This document shows positions 45,888-56,009 of a stretch of DNA of 64,000 nt, in pieces. The position numbers and the translations under genes were made by a program. How positions within the stretch are numbered: position 1 is the first letter of the stretch; the number at the start of each line of letters is the position of its first letter. The stretch spans positions 113,644-177,643 of the forward strand of contig CAMBEK010000002.1 of the NCBI GenBank assembly GCA_945865565.1, given 5' to 3'. Under the pieces are notes generated by a model. The model was not told where the DNA came from and ran no database searches. It was given only the letters and a program-made list of their open reading frames with translations. This DNA is from Pseudobacteriovorax antillogorgiicola (GTDB lineage Bacteria > Bdellovibrionota_B > Oligoflexia > Oligoflexales > RGVZ01).

Positions 45888-46364
45888 ATGGCTCTAGTAT
45901 TCCAATTTGAAGCAGCCGGCGACTGGCAGAGATGCTACCTGTCTGGGGTGATCAATGAAGATTCCGAGGTTACCCTTGGCAGTCTCTTGTCGCAATTGCC
46001 GCCGAAAGTTGTTTTTAATTTTCGACGAGTTGAATCGATCAACTCTTGCGGCGTTCGGGCGTGGATCACCTTTATCCGACAGGCTGCAACCGGGCGGGAA
46101 GTCGCCTTTGAAGAGTGTACGCCAGAAGTCGTTTCCCAGATCAATATGATTCCTAACTTTCGCGCAAATTCGCGCGTTCTATCTGTTTACGCCAGTTACA
46201 CGTGTGGACAGTGCAACAATCAGCGCAACGAACTCTTTCAAGAGGGTCGTAACCTTCCCAAATCCACTGGAACCCAGCTTGATCCGGTCAAGTGTGAGAA
46301 GTGTGGCGGAGCCATGGAGATGGACGAGATTGAGGATGAGTTCTTTGCTTGGGTTGCCGCTTGA
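45888..46364 (+). CDS. STAS-like domain protein with C-terminal CxxC...CxxC zinc ribbon
   Basis: The segment FNFRRVESINSCGVRAWITFIRQ resembles anti-sigma-antagonist/STAS proteins. The C-terminus has CGQC-(27)-CEKC. RBS GGGAGG. Confidence 0.55.
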   Translation: MALVFQFEAAGDWQRCYLSGVINEDSEVTLGSLLSQLPPKVVFNFRRVESINSCGVRAWITFIRQAATGREVAFEECTPEVVSQINMIPNFRANSRVLSVYASYTCGQCNNQRNELFQEGRNLPKSTGTQLDPVKCEKCGGAMEMDEIEDEFFAWVAA

Positions 46365-46393
46365 CCGTTAAAGGCTGAACAGGGAGTTCCGCA

Positions 46394-47395
46394 ATGGGGA
46401 ATGAAACCGTAGCAATGCCGAGGGACAACTCTGCCCTCCTGCAACATTTTAAAATTTTCGAAGATTTCGCCAAAGGCACAGTTCTTGATGCCTATGTCTT
46501 GCTTGACGTTGACGGTCGAGTCGTCAAGGCCAACCAACAAGCCTCGGCAATGCTTAAGGTTGGAACCAAGCAAATGATGAAGGCCGCCTCCTTCGAAGAC
46601 CTTCTGAAATTTAATATTGAAGGTAGTCCACTGCCGCTCAAGGATTTGTTGTCTCTTCAAAACTTTCGCCGTGAAGACATGATCAATGGCGTATCGACGG
46701 CGGGCGAAAACAAATTTGTGATGCTTGCCTATCCGTTTCATGAGGTCGGCCAAGTGATTGGCACTTTTTTGATTCTACGTGAGATTACTGGTGAGACGTC
46801 TCAAGGTTCCAAGCTCACGGCTTCGACGACGAAGGCAAGAACCGACATGCTTTCGGGTTTGTTCAACCGAAGTGGCCTCGAAGATCATTTAAAGGAGCGG
46901 AAGTTGGCGATTGAAGCCCTTCCCGAAGGGGATGGTGCCCGGATTCATTCAGTTGTCATGATGGATATCGACTTTTTCAAGAAGGTAAATGACACCTATG
47001 GCCATCCAGCTGGGGACTATGTAATCAAGACGGTGGCCCAGTTGGTTAAAACGAGCTGCCGTCAAAGCGACTCTGCCTTCCGTGTCGGTGGTGAAGAATT
47101 TGTTGTCGTATTCAATGCAACTCCGGTCGAAGGTGCATTGGTTGCGGCTGAAAAAATCCGAAGCACGGTCCAGGCATACCGGTTCGAATTTGAGGGAAAG
47201 CATATTCCGATCACGATCAGTATCGGGGCTGCAAGCCTTGATGTTACTGCGGCAGATCCGCACGTGGACATAACGCGTGCCGATGCAGCTCTTTATTTCT
47301 CCAAGCAAAACGGCCGCAACCGGGTGAGCCTCCATGATGGAGTTAAGTTGCAGCCGCATCTGTGGGTACTAGAGCCTAAAGTGGCCGCGGCTTGA
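46394..47395 (+). CDS. Diguanylate cyclase (PAS-like sensor plus GGDEF) with intact I-site
   Basis: Active site GGEEF. RQSD lies five residues upstream (RxxD I-site). Conserved FFKKVNDTYGHPAGD and GRNR blocks. Confidence 0.85.
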   Translation: MGNETVAMPRDNSALLQHFKIFEDFAKGTVLDAYVLLDVDGRVVKANQQASAMLKVGTKQMMKAASFEDLLKFNIEGSPLPLKDLLSLQNFRREDMINGVSTAGENKFVMLAYPFHEVGQVIGTFLILREITGETSQGSKLTASTTKARTDMLSGLFNRSGLEDHLKERKLAIEALPEGDGARIHSVVMMDIDFFKKVNDTYGHPAGDYVIKTVAQLVKTSCRQSDSAFRVGGEEFVVVFNATPVEGALVAAEKIRSTVQAYRFEFEGKHIPITISIGAASLDVTAADPHVDITRADAALYFSKQNGRNRVSLHDGVKLQPHLWVLEPKVAAA

Positions 47396-47397
47396 GG

Positions 47398-47820
47398 TTA
47401 GTTATGGCCAGCGAGAAGATCGTCGGCCATCTTTTCCAGTTTTAAATTCTGGATTTGACCGCGAAGCTGCATCTTATTGCCGTCCACTTCGTATTCCTGC
47501 CAATCAAGTGGCAAATAAACTTCGCCGCCATTGACCAGATATTCTTGGAAGTAGCTATCCATCAGGTCAAGGAGCATTTCAGCTGCATTTCGCTGACTAA
47601 GTCCTTGCTCGGAATGGGCAATCTGTCCCTCGACGGGATAGAAGAATGATTCATCGTCACTTTTCAGGATCAGGGTCAGGGCAATGGATTGTCCGTTTGC
47701 CTGCCCTTCGAGTTTGAAGCGACGCTTGCCTGCAAATACCGCGTATTTGCGCTGAAGCGTCGTTTCGATTTCAGTGCACTCAGTTGCCAAAAACGGTGAC
47801 GTTGTGGTGCTGTTGTTCAT
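47398..47820 (-). CDS. Hypothetical acidic protein (140 aa)
   Basis: ORF 13 nt downstream of the 498-aa gene. No recognisable domain. Confidence 0.5.
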   Translation of the reverse strand: MNNSTTTSPFLATECTEIETTLQRKYAVFAGKRRFKLEGQANGQSIALTLILKSDDESFFYPVEGQIAHSEQGLSQRNAAEMLLDLMDSYFQEYLVNGGEVYLPLDWQEYEVDGNKMQLRGQIQNLKLEKMADDLLAGHN

Positions 47821-47833
47821 ATTGCGATGTGCC

Positions 47834-49330
47834 TTAATGGACCGTTGGTGAAATATTTTTCAGTTGTTCTGTCCAACGCAAAAGGTCGGCGAGCGTGGCC
47901 AAGTCGTAAACTGGCTTGAACGTCATGCGGTCGCCGGTCATATCAGTGGTTGGGCAGAGGGGGAAACGGTTGAACAGGCCCTTGAGAATTTCAGTGGCTT
48001 CCAAGCCAAGGGTCGGAAGGGCCTCGAAATCTAGCGTGGTCATGATCATTCCGTACTTGCGCGAAAAGAGCAGCCGACGAATTCTTTGGGTGATCTCTGG
48101 TGTCAGAAGACCAGCGGCTTCAAGCATGTCCAGTGTGCGACGACGAGCCTCGTCCAGGGCTGCGATGGATGCTTTGAATAGTGTTGCAGGATGCTCCTTG
48201 GAGACAACCCGGGTTGCGGTTTCGATGAGTGATGGTTTGCCGGATTCCGCACCAGGGCTCGCCAGCAGTTCCAAACCAAGGTTGCAGTAGCCTTTGGTAT
48301 GCGCCAACACCAAACGCAATCCTTGGTGATTGTCCGCGTCGAGTCCGGTTGCAACGGCCAAGGTGTTTGCCAAATGGGAAAGGCTTACCGCCAGTGAACC
48401 CGAGGCCTCCGGGTTGCTTGCTGCCAAGGCGGCTTCCAAGGTCATCCTCGTCTGCGGTGATTTCACGAACGTGGAGATACTGGTTGAGTCATTCAAGCTG
48501 GTGTTGGATCTAGCGTTGGATCCAGCGGCCGAACAAATGAGACGGTCCATCAGTTGAGCGACGTTTGAGCCCGTCCAACGAAGGATGGCATCTTCTCCCG
48601 CTGAGGCCAAAAATAAACGGGATGCATCCTCCGGTGTGACAAATCCCTCTTCCTCGAGGCGCGCATTACGAAACCGTAGCGCCAGTGATTCTTGTTCGCT
48701 GGGGGGCAGATAGCTGGCATGGGCAAGCATGGAGTAAGCGTATTCGATGTCTTGGGCGAGTGCTTGGCCCACGAGCTCTTCAACGAACTGTCGTACTTCT
48801 GGATCTTGGCTTTTGATCTTGTAGAAGACTTCCTCGCACGGGAGGCGCAGCAAAGCGTCTTGATCGGCATCGCCCATTTTTTCGTAGGCTTCAAGGTCGA
48901 AGGTCTCGACGAGGGGGCCAAGAAGGCCCATCTGGAACTCTTCTTCCAGTTCGCGAAAGCGGCGGAAAAGCTCTTCCGGTTTGGATTGCTTGTGAAGTTG
49001 AAGCCAGCGAGCAGCGCCCGATGGGCTGAGCTGTTCTGCATCCCAGCCCTCGAAGTCCATTATGTGCGTCACTTGCTCCTGAGACAGAAGCGGAAGCAGG
49101 TCGAGGTGTTCCTCGATGCCGGCGGTGAGTATAATATGGCGGATCAAAGAGGGCTCAAGGGCCTGAACTTGTGCGGCGGCATCTTCCGTTGAGAGCAAGC
49201 CATCGAGCAGCGCACGGGCGCCACGCTCTTCATCCCTCGGTGATGGTAAATTGGCAGCCTGCCAGTCAAAGCTGGCTAGGCCGCGGTCGTAGGCAGACAG
49301 CAGGGTTTCATCGGACAATCGGCTTGCCAT
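47834..49330 (-). CDS. Hypothetical acidic helical protein (498 aa)
   Basis: Long ORF with helical-repeat character. The N-terminal region is faintly MgtE-N/FliG-like. No firm assignment. Confidence 0.6.
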   Translation of the reverse strand: MASRLSDETLLSAYDRGLASFDWQAANLPSPRDEERGARALLDGLLSTEDAAAQVQALEPSLIRHIILTAGIEEHLDLLPLLSQEQVTHIMDFEGWDAEQLSPSGAARWLQLHKQSKPEELFRRFRELEEEFQMGLLGPLVETFDLEAYEKMGDADQDALLRLPCEEVFYKIKSQDPEVRQFVEELVGQALAQDIEYAYSMLAHASYLPPSEQESLALRFRNARLEEEGFVTPEDASRLFLASAGEDAILRWTGSNVAQLMDRLICSAAGSNARSNTSLNDSTSISTFVKSPQTRMTLEAALAASNPEASGSLAVSLSHLANTLAVATGLDADNHQGLRLVLAHTKGYCNLGLELLASPGAESGKPSLIETATRVVSKEHPATLFKASIAALDEARRRTLDMLEAAGLLTPEITQRIRRLLFSRKYGMIMTTLDFEALPTLGLEATEILKGLFNRFPLCPTTDMTGDRMTFKPVYDLATLADLLRWTEQLKNISPTVH

Positions 49331-49418
49331 GTAGGGAACCTCCCGGTATGACTCTCAGGCGCGCGGCGGTCTTATCATTTGCTTAAAAAATGAGCAAGTT
49401 ATGCCCGTTGGGAATTAG

Positions 49419-50486
49419 TTGAACCGAGGGATCCTTTTCTTGGAAGTACTTGCAACCCTTAGGGAAATTTCGAACAAAGCGGCCAAAGAACTGGTCGCAT
49501 CTGCGCGCGATTTCTGTCTGGACCGAGCCTTAAGCCCCGTTTTCGCGGACTTGGAGGCACTCAATTCCAACCTTCCCGGTTACTTACCCTCTGAATCCCT
49601 GACCTCCCGCCAGGTGATTGACCACGTTGTGGCATCGGGCGGCAAGCGTATTCGGCCGGCCCTCTATTTTTTCGTTTGTCGGATGCTGGGATACCGTGGC
49701 GAACATTTGCTTCCTATCGGTGCCGTGACGGAGTTCGTCCACGCTGCAAGTCTTTTGCACGACGATGTCGTCGATAATTCTTCTTTGCGTCGCAATAAAC
49801 CAACCCCTAATTCCATTTGGGGCGACGAGGCCGCAGTGTTAACCGGAGATCTTGTCTATGCCCGCGCCAGCGAAATGATGGCGGAGACCGGCAGCCTTGA
49901 GATCGTCAAGTTGTTCGCACGAGCCATCCGTCTGATGAGCGAGGGCGAACTCCTGCAGCTTGAGAATGTTTTTAACGCGAGCGTCAGCACCAAAACCTAT
50001 CTGCAGATTCTGAATTGCAAGACGGCCGTATTAATCTCGGCCGCGTGTCGCTCTGCGGGTGTGCTCGGGGGGGCCAGCGAAAAGCAGCGTGACGCATTGT
50101 CCCGGTTTGGTGAGCTGACTGGGGTTGCCTTTCAGCTGATTGATGACGCGTTGGATTACTTGAGTTCGTCTGAGCGTTTTGGTAAGCCGACTCTGGCCGA
50201 CTTGAAAGAGGGCAAGGTCACAATGCCCGTCATCTTGTTGCGCGAGGTTTGCTCGGGTGCCGAACAAACCCGCATTTCTCGCATGCTCGAGGATGCGGCG
50301 ATCGACGATACCGACTTGGATTGGATTGCAGGGCTGGTTGAAAAACACAGTACGGCTCTCCAGACGATTGACCTGGCGACGTCCTATACCCTCGAGGCTG
50401 TTCAGTGCCTGTCAGTATTTCCGGAGTCTCCGGAGAGGTTGGATCTGGAGTCGCTCGCCATGAAGCTGGTTCGTCGTTTCAATTAA
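49419..50486 (+). CDS. ispB: Polyprenyl (octaprenyl-type) diphosphate synthase
   Basis: First DDxxD in LLHDDVVDNSSLRRNKPT, second in QLIDDALDY. TTG start. The alternative TTG at 49440 has a better-spaced GAGGGA. Confidence 0.85.
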   Translation: MNRGILFLEVLATLREISNKAAKELVASARDFCLDRALSPVFADLEALNSNLPGYLPSESLTSRQVIDHVVASGGKRIRPALYFFVCRMLGYRGEHLLPIGAVTEFVHAASLLHDDVVDNSSLRRNKPTPNSIWGDEAAVLTGDLVYARASEMMAETGSLEIVKLFARAIRLMSEGELLQLENVFNASVSTKTYLQILNCKTAVLISAACRSAGVLGGASEKQRDALSRFGELTGVAFQLIDDALDYLSSSERFGKPTLADLKEGKVTMPVILLREVCSGAEQTRISRMLEDAAIDDTDLDWIAGLVEKHSTALQTIDLATSYTLEAVQCLSVFPESPERLDLESLAMKLVRRFN

Positions 50487-50522
50487 AGCTGGCCTTTTTG
50501 GGCTGTTGAGGAAACACCACCG

Positions 50523-51887
50523 TTGATCCCCCACTCCTTTCAAGAATTTGACGCGCGGGTTTCCCCACAACGATTGTCTAACGGCATGTCGCTCGTTCAT
50601 CTTCCTGCATCCGACGGAGATGATCGTTTTTTTATAAGTTGCATCATCAAGGCTGGATCAGCATCCGAACTGGATTCGCAATCCGGAATCGCACATTTCC
50701 TGGAACACATGATGTTTCGTGGATCAAAGCGGTTTCCAACTTTTAGTGGTCTTGCAGAGGCATTTGAATCGCTCGGGGGCGAATGGAACGCGGCAACTGG
50801 TCACGAGTATACTGAGTACATTTATTCCGGGGTCCAACGGCACGGATTAGAAGCCATTGACTTATTTTTTGAGTTTATTGATGAGCCCGCCCTTCGTGAT
50901 ATTGAAGTTGAGCGTCAAATCATTTTGCGTGAACTTCACGGTGAATTGAACGAATTCGGTATTTCGACAGATGTCGGCCAGCATATCGGTGGACTCGTTT
51001 GGCCCAATCATCCAAGATCCCGCCCGATCATTGGTACACCGGAAACTTTGGCCAAAATCGATGAGAAAGCACTGCGCGCCTTTCGAGCGTTTTGGTATCA
51101 ACCAGAAAATATGGCGCTTTGTATCGTTGGTGGAACCGCAGCGATGGCTAAAGTGGCTGCAAAAAAATTCGAGACATATCGGCCGTCACGCAATGAGAAT
51201 GCAGGCGCGGTACTAGCAAAGACACCTGTTATCCATGATTTTTCTGAGGGTTTGCCATTGGCTTTGGTCGTCGAAAACTCCGACAATGAGTACCAATTCC
51301 AGATGTCGTTTAAGTCTCATGGCCAGTGGCACGACATGGCCCCAGTGTACGATGTCTTGGTTCGATTGTTGTCCGACGGATTCAGCGCTCGTTTGCCTCG
51401 ACGAATTCGCGAACAGCTCGGTCTTGTTTATGACATTGCAGCCGATGCCAATTTGCTGGCTGATTGCGGCTTGGTGAATTTCACGGCAGCAGTCGATTTT
51501 GAAAACATGGACAAGTTTATTTCTGAACTCGGTTCAATTTTGTGTCACCTGATGGAAGTGGCTCCTGCCGCACCTGAACTTGAGCGCTACCAACGTCGTG
51601 CCATAGTTGATCTTGAGTTGGCCATGTCAGATCCGGGATCCATGGCTTACCGCCTCGGATGGAATGAACTGAACAATCAGCGTCGTACCATTGCTGGATA
51701 TGCCGATCGGATCATGGAAGTGACTCCGGAGATGATTCGGTCATGCGCTGCCGGGCTGTTCGATAAATCCAACCGCGCGGCGGTTGTCCTTGGTCCTAAA
51801 CACGGAACACCAAGTCAAACATCTGGTGAACCCGCGTTATCCGACGAGTCCTTTAATGCGATGATCCAGAAGGCGTTCCGTTTGTGA
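50523..51887 (+). CDS. M16 (pitrilysin/insulinase) family zinc peptidase
   Basis: Inverted zinc motif HFLEHMMFRGS (HxxEH). 454 aa. Confidence 0.85.
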   Translation: MIPHSFQEFDARVSPQRLSNGMSLVHLPASDGDDRFFISCIIKAGSASELDSQSGIAHFLEHMMFRGSKRFPTFSGLAEAFESLGGEWNAATGHEYTEYIYSGVQRHGLEAIDLFFEFIDEPALRDIEVERQIILRELHGELNEFGISTDVGQHIGGLVWPNHPRSRPIIGTPETLAKIDEKALRAFRAFWYQPENMALCIVGGTAAMAKVAAKKFETYRPSRNENAGAVLAKTPVIHDFSEGLPLALVVENSDNEYQFQMSFKSHGQWHDMAPVYDVLVRLLSDGFSARLPRRIREQLGLVYDIAADANLLADCGLVNFTAAVDFENMDKFISELGSILCHLMEVAPAAPELERYQRRAIVDLELAMSDPGSMAYRLGWNELNNQRRTIAGYADRIMEVTPEMIRSCAAGLFDKSNRAAVVLGPKHGTPSQTSGEPALSDESFNAMIQKAFRL

Positions 51888-51896
51888 CCTTTTTGT

Positions 51897-52706
51897 TCAC
51901 AGTCCCATGCGCCCAAGCGTGATTAGGCCGGTGGCCGGCATCAGGGCGAGTATCTCGTAAAGGACAATCCATTGCTCTGCCTTCATGATCATTGCCATGG
52001 CTGACTGGACCCGGTCCTCAAACTCTGTCGTTATTGCTGTGGCGATGTCATCATCAAATGAGAAACCAAAACGCTTTGCCATGATTCCCACGCCCGCTGT
52101 GTGCATGCTTTTAATCCAATGCTCTGCGGTTTTGCCCTGGCTAAAATCAAGTAGCATCGCAGACTTTCGGATTTGAAAAATAGGGCCGAGGCAGCCGCAT
52201 GTTGTGATGCAGCTTGCCGCTATTGCTGTCAGTAAAGTGCTGCGGACGTCCAAAAGATGCTCCGGTTGAAGCCAGTGGAGGATGCCGCAAAGGGATTCTG
52301 CAAACACAATCGCCATGAAGGTTCTTGCAGAGAGTCCCAAGAGGACGTCATTAATTCTTCCAAGAGGCTCAACTGTTTTCCTGGTCAGTTGCTCCAGAGC
52401 AACAATAGATGGCAATGGATTCTCCCCCCGCCGGCACGATCTTTCGATGGCTTCGTTGAGTCGGGAAATGAAGTTTAATTTTCCCGCATTGGCCATCATA
52501 TGATCTGGAACTGACGCGCCTGATCCGGTTGCCTGAGAGATTCTCAGGCGCTGATAATTTAGTAGCCGGGAAGTCCGGACGATCGGGATTTGACGGAGTT
52601 GCAGTCTGGTCGCAATAAGCAGGAGTCCAGGTGGGCCAAAGGAAAGGACACTTGCGACGCTCTGCAGCCAGAATAGGGATTTTCCAGCCAAGGGTAGGAT
52701 CTCCAC
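51897..52706 (-). CDS. Hypothetical membrane protein
   Basis: 269 aa with several hydrophobic segments, downstream of ettA. No recognisable domain. Confidence 0.5.
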   Translation of the reverse strand: MEILPLAGKSLFWLQSVASVLSFGPPGLLLIATRLQLRQIPIVRTSRLLNYQRLRISQATGSGASVPDHMMANAGKLNFISRLNEAIERSCRRGENPLPSIVALEQLTRKTVEPLGRINDVLLGLSARTFMAIVFAESLCGILHWLQPEHLLDVRSTLLTAIAASCITTCGCLGPIFQIRKSAMLLDFSQGKTAEHWIKSMHTAGVGIMAKRFGFSFDDDIATAITTEFEDRVQSAMAMIMKAEQWIVLYEILALMPATGLITLGRMGL

Positions 52707-52786
52707 AAACCCCGGATCAGTCCGGGTTGTGGAAGTCCTACCTCTTAAAGCTGCGCGTTGTGAAAGGACATCTCATGTCCTCGTGA

Positions 52787-54463
52787 TCAGTCGTGGGTCA
52801 ATTTCTTGTAGCGAATCCGGTGTGGCGTATCCGCAGCGTGGCCAAGGCGGCGTTTACGGTCTACTTCGTAATCCTGGTAGTTTCCTTCAAACCAGACGAC
52901 TTTGCTGTCGCCCTCAAATGCCAGAATATGTGTTGCAATGCGGTCGAGGAACCAGCGGTCGTGACTGATGACGACGGCGCAGCCAGCATAGTTGAGTAAT
53001 GCTTCCTCAAGGGCGCGCAAGGTATCGACGTCGAGGTCGTTGGTTGGTTCGTCAAGTAGCAATACGTTTGATCCGCTTTTAAGAAGCTTGGCAAGATTCA
53101 CCCGGTTGCGCTCTCCACCAGAAAGGTCTTTGACCTTCTTCTGTTGGTCGGAACCCTTGAAGTTGAAGCTTGCAACGTAAGCCCGGGAAGCCATCTTGAT
53201 TCGTCCGAATTCAAGGTCTTCTTGGCCGCCGGAGATTTCATCCCAAACCGTTTTGTTCCCGTCCAACGTGTCGCGGTTTTGGTCTACGTAAGCCATCTGC
53301 AGGGTTTCCCCGAGTCGCAGCGAACCTGAATCTGACTTTTCGAGTCCTGCCATCATCCGGAACAATGTGGTCTTGCCGGCACCGTTTGGACCGATGATCC
53401 CAACGATTCCGCCACGCGGTAAATTAAAGGTCAGGTCATCAAACAACAATTTTTCGCCAAATGATTTTTTGATTCCTTTGGCTTCAATCACCAGATCCCC
53501 CAAGCGCGGTGCAGGTGGAATCTTGATCTCCTGAACGGTTGATTGCGCCTCGTGAGACTGGTTTGCCATTTCCTCGTAGGCCGAGATTCGTGCTTTGCTC
53601 TTGGCTTGCCGGGCGCGGGCAGACATCCTGACCCACTCAAGCTCTTTGGCAAGAGCGCGCCTGCGTGCCGATTCCGTTTTTTCCTCTTGGGCCAGACGCA
53701 TTTGCTTTTGGTCCAGCCAGCTGGAGTAATTTCCCTGCCAGGGAATACCCTCGCCCCGGTCCAGTTCCAGAATCCATCCCGCAACGTTGTCGAGGAAGTA
53801 ACGGTCGTGGGTCACGGCAACTACCGTTCCCGGGTAGTCGTGAAGGAATCTTTCCAGCCAAGCCACACTTTCAGCGTCAAGGTGGTTGGTGGGTTCGTCA
53901 AGGATTAGCATGTCAGGCTTTTCTATGAGCAGACGGCACAAGGCCACGCGGCGCTTTTCACCGCCAGACAGATTTGCGACGGCTGCTTCACCGGGAGGTA
54001 AGCGCAGTGCATCCATGGCGATGTCCAGCATACGGTCCAGTTCCCAAGCATTACAGGCATCGATTTCGCTTTGGACTCGGGACTGTTCATCGATGACTTT
54101 CATCATCTCATCGCCGTCCATCGGCTCGCCGAGCTTCATGGAAAGTTCTTCGAACTTTTGAAGCAAGCCGCGCTGCTTTGCCACTCCAAGCTCAACATTG
54201 CCGCGGACATCAAGGTTGGGGTCGAGTTGCGGCTCCTGTGCCAGATAACCGATGTTGATGCCTTCAGCCGGGAAGGCTTCACCCTGGAAGTTCTTTTCCA
54301 CGCCGGCCATGATTTTCAGGAGCGTACTTTTGCCTGATCCGTTCAAGCCCAGGACGCCGATTTTTGCGCCAGGGATGAAGGACAGGTAAATTCCTTTGAG
54401 GACTTCACGGTTTGGTGGATAAACCTTACGGAGGTTCACCATGTTGTAAATATATTGGGTCAT
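52787..54463 (-). CDS. ettA: Energy-dependent translational throttle protein (ABC-F ATPase)
   Basis: Near-canonical N-terminus [26 protein letters not shown]. Two ABC cassettes ([18 protein letters not shown]). 558 aa. Confidence 0.95.
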   Translation of the reverse strand: MTQYIYNMVNLRKVYPPNREVLKGIYLSFIPGAKIGVLGLNGSGKSTLLKIMAGVEKNFQGEAFPAEGINIGYLAQEPQLDPNLDVRGNVELGVAKQRGLLQKFEELSMKLGEPMDGDEMMKVIDEQSRVQSEIDACNAWELDRMLDIAMDALRLPPGEAAVANLSGGEKRRVALCRLLIEKPDMLILDEPTNHLDAESVAWLERFLHDYPGTVVAVTHDRYFLDNVAGWILELDRGEGIPWQGNYSSWLDQKQMRLAQEEKTESARRRALAKELEWVRMSARARQAKSKARISAYEEMANQSHEAQSTVQEIKIPPAPRLGDLVIEAKGIKKSFGEKLLFDDLTFNLPRGGIVGIIGPNGAGKTTLFRMMAGLEKSDSGSLRLGETLQMAYVDQNRDTLDGNKTVWDEISGGQEDLEFGRIKMASRAYVASFNFKGSDQQKKVKDLSGGERNRVNLAKLLKSGSNVLLLDEPTNDLDVDTLRALEEALLNYAGCAVVISHDRWFLDRIATHILAFEGDSKVVWFEGNYQDYEVDRKRRLGHAADTPHRIRYKKLTHD

Positions 54464-54750
54464 AGGTCGCCTTTTCGCCGTTCTTCTTTCAGGGATGCCC
54501 GCCGCGCTTTCTCAATCATCTCAGAAAGTTCGGTGGAGGATTCTAGATAGCGAAGAAGCTGCGCCTTTAAAACCTCTTTTTGTGCGAATGGCTGAACGGA
54601 GTAAATCCCAAGGGATTGAAAATAATGAGTGACGACTACCTCGACCTTTTCGGGGGGTAGCGGCCAGGCACTCATAAGCGTCCTGGCATGTTGGGTGGCC
54701 AATTCCATGGCCACAAACTCTTCTATGGGAAGGGACTCTGTCGATAGCAT
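54460..54750 (-). CDS. Small hypothetical protein (96 aa) translationally coupled to ettA
   Basis: Its stop overlaps the ettA ATG (ATGA). No recognisable domain. Confidence 0.45.
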   Translation of the reverse strand: MLSTESLPIEEFVAMELATQHARTLMSAWPLPPEKVEVVVTHYFQSLGIYSVQPFAQKEVLKAQLLRYLESSTELSEMIEKARRASLKEERRKGDL

Positions 54751-54792
54751 TTTCCTGACCTCCTGTCAGAGGATGCTACCACATCGGGACGC

Positions 54793-55224
54793 TTAAATTA
54801 ATTCCCGCAAATCCTTGGGAAGTGTCTTTGCGAGCCGCTCCATTGTCCCGTCCCCAAGGTGGCGCTTGACGGTGTGCAGGACCGCCCTGGCCATCAATTC
54901 GGAATCTCCGGCATTTAGGGTCGGACCTCGCCGCATCTCTCGCCTGATTTTGGCCAGAAACTGGTCTTTGCGTCGTTCTCGCGTTGGTTTTCCGTGCGGT
55001 TTATATCCTTCGTAGTAGAATCCCCGAACGAGCATTGGAAGTTGAGCGCCAAGGGCCGATGCGTGTTCGACGGTCAGGCGGTCGCGCAGGGCATGCAGAA
55101 CGCTGCGCATGGCGGCGTAGGCCAAGTGGCGATCGTCCTTTCCGAGTTCAAGCATCAGATCGTTGAGCCAAATGTTGGTCGTTTGGACGGTGTTGTCAAA
55201 AGTTGGCAGGCCAGTCTGTGTCAT
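54793..55224 (-). CDS. DUF2267 domain protein
   Basis: 143 aa from MTQTGLPTFDNTVQTTNIWLNDL, a typical DUF2267 N-terminus. The remaining upstream part of the listed 313-aa ORF is antisense to the RluA-family gene. Confidence 0.7.
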   Translation of the reverse strand: MTQTGLPTFDNTVQTTNIWLNDLMLELGKDDRHLAYAAMRSVLHALRDRLTVEHASALGAQLPMLVRGFYYEGYKPHGKPTRERRKDQFLAKIRREMRRGPTLNAGDSELMARAVLHTVKRHLGDGTMERLAKTLPKDLRELI

Positions 55225-55248
55225 GGTTGGATTCCTCCACCGCTGGAG

Positions 55249-55986
55249 ATGCAAGGTAGGTACCATTCCTTGAAAATCGTTTTTCAGAACGAAAATTTTA
55301 TTGTCATCGATAAACCGCATGGTGTTCTCACCGTCCCAGCAAGAGCCGGCGATGCCGATCCCCGGCAGTGTGCAGGACGGATGTTGGAAAGAGAGACTGG
55401 CGGCAGAATTTTTCCAGTGCATCGCCTGGACTATGAGGTCGGTGGAATTGTTATGTTTGCGCGTAATGCCAAGGCTCACCGCGCCGCATCGGGGTGGTTT
55501 GAGGGGCATGCTCTGCAGAAGACCTACGAGGCGATAACCAAGCCTAATGAAAATTGCAAAGAGCTGCATTCTCAAACTCCACTGGATCAGCCGCTCATTT
55601 GGGAAGCTGTTCTGGTTCGTGGTAAGAAACGCGCTTTTGAGGCGTCTCATGGCAAAAAATCGCTCACCCGGGCCTGGTTTGTCAGGGAATTGGAATTGGA
55701 CATTGGTGGAGCGCCCGCTGCAAAAAAACACCAACTCTGGCGCCTCGAACCGGTGACGGGGAGATCACACCAGCTGCGCTGGGAAATGTTCCGTCACGGA
55801 ATTCCGGTCCTTGGCGATACTCTTTACGGCGGGGCTCCGCTCGGTGGCCTTGATTGCGATGCTATTGCCCTACGGGCTGTTCAACTTTCGTTCAATGAAA
55901 AGGTCGATACCTCCATGTTCGGCTTGCCCCCGGAAGGGTTTGCCTGCGAATCTGTTCTTCATTGGCTCTCTAAATTGAACCTGTGA
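55249..55986 (+). CDS. RluA-family pseudouridine synthase
   Basis: Motifs FIVIDKPHGVLTVP and catalytic HRLDYEVGGIVMFA, then RSHQLR. I prefer the start at ATG 55249; the listed 54994 start overlaps the DUF2267 gene. Confidence 0.8.
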   Translation: MQGRYHSLKIVFQNENFIVIDKPHGVLTVPARAGDADPRQCAGRMLERETGGRIFPVHRLDYEVGGIVMFARNAKAHRAASGWFEGHALQKTYEAITKPNENCKELHSQTPLDQPLIWEAVLVRGKKRAFEASHGKKSLTRAWFVRELELDIGGAPAAKKHQLWRLEPVTGRSHQLRWEMFRHGIPVLGDTLYGGAPLGGLDCDAIALRAVQLSFNEKVDTSMFGLPPEGFACESVLHWLSKLNL

Positions 55987-56009
55987 TTTTTCCAATCGGA
56001 GCGTTAGTC

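Noticed and set aside
55225-55734. N-terminal 170 codons of the listed 313-aa minus-strand ORF
   Set aside because: Only the C-terminal 143 aa look like a DUF2267 protein. The rest is antisense to the clearly real RluA-family gene and has an implausible composition.
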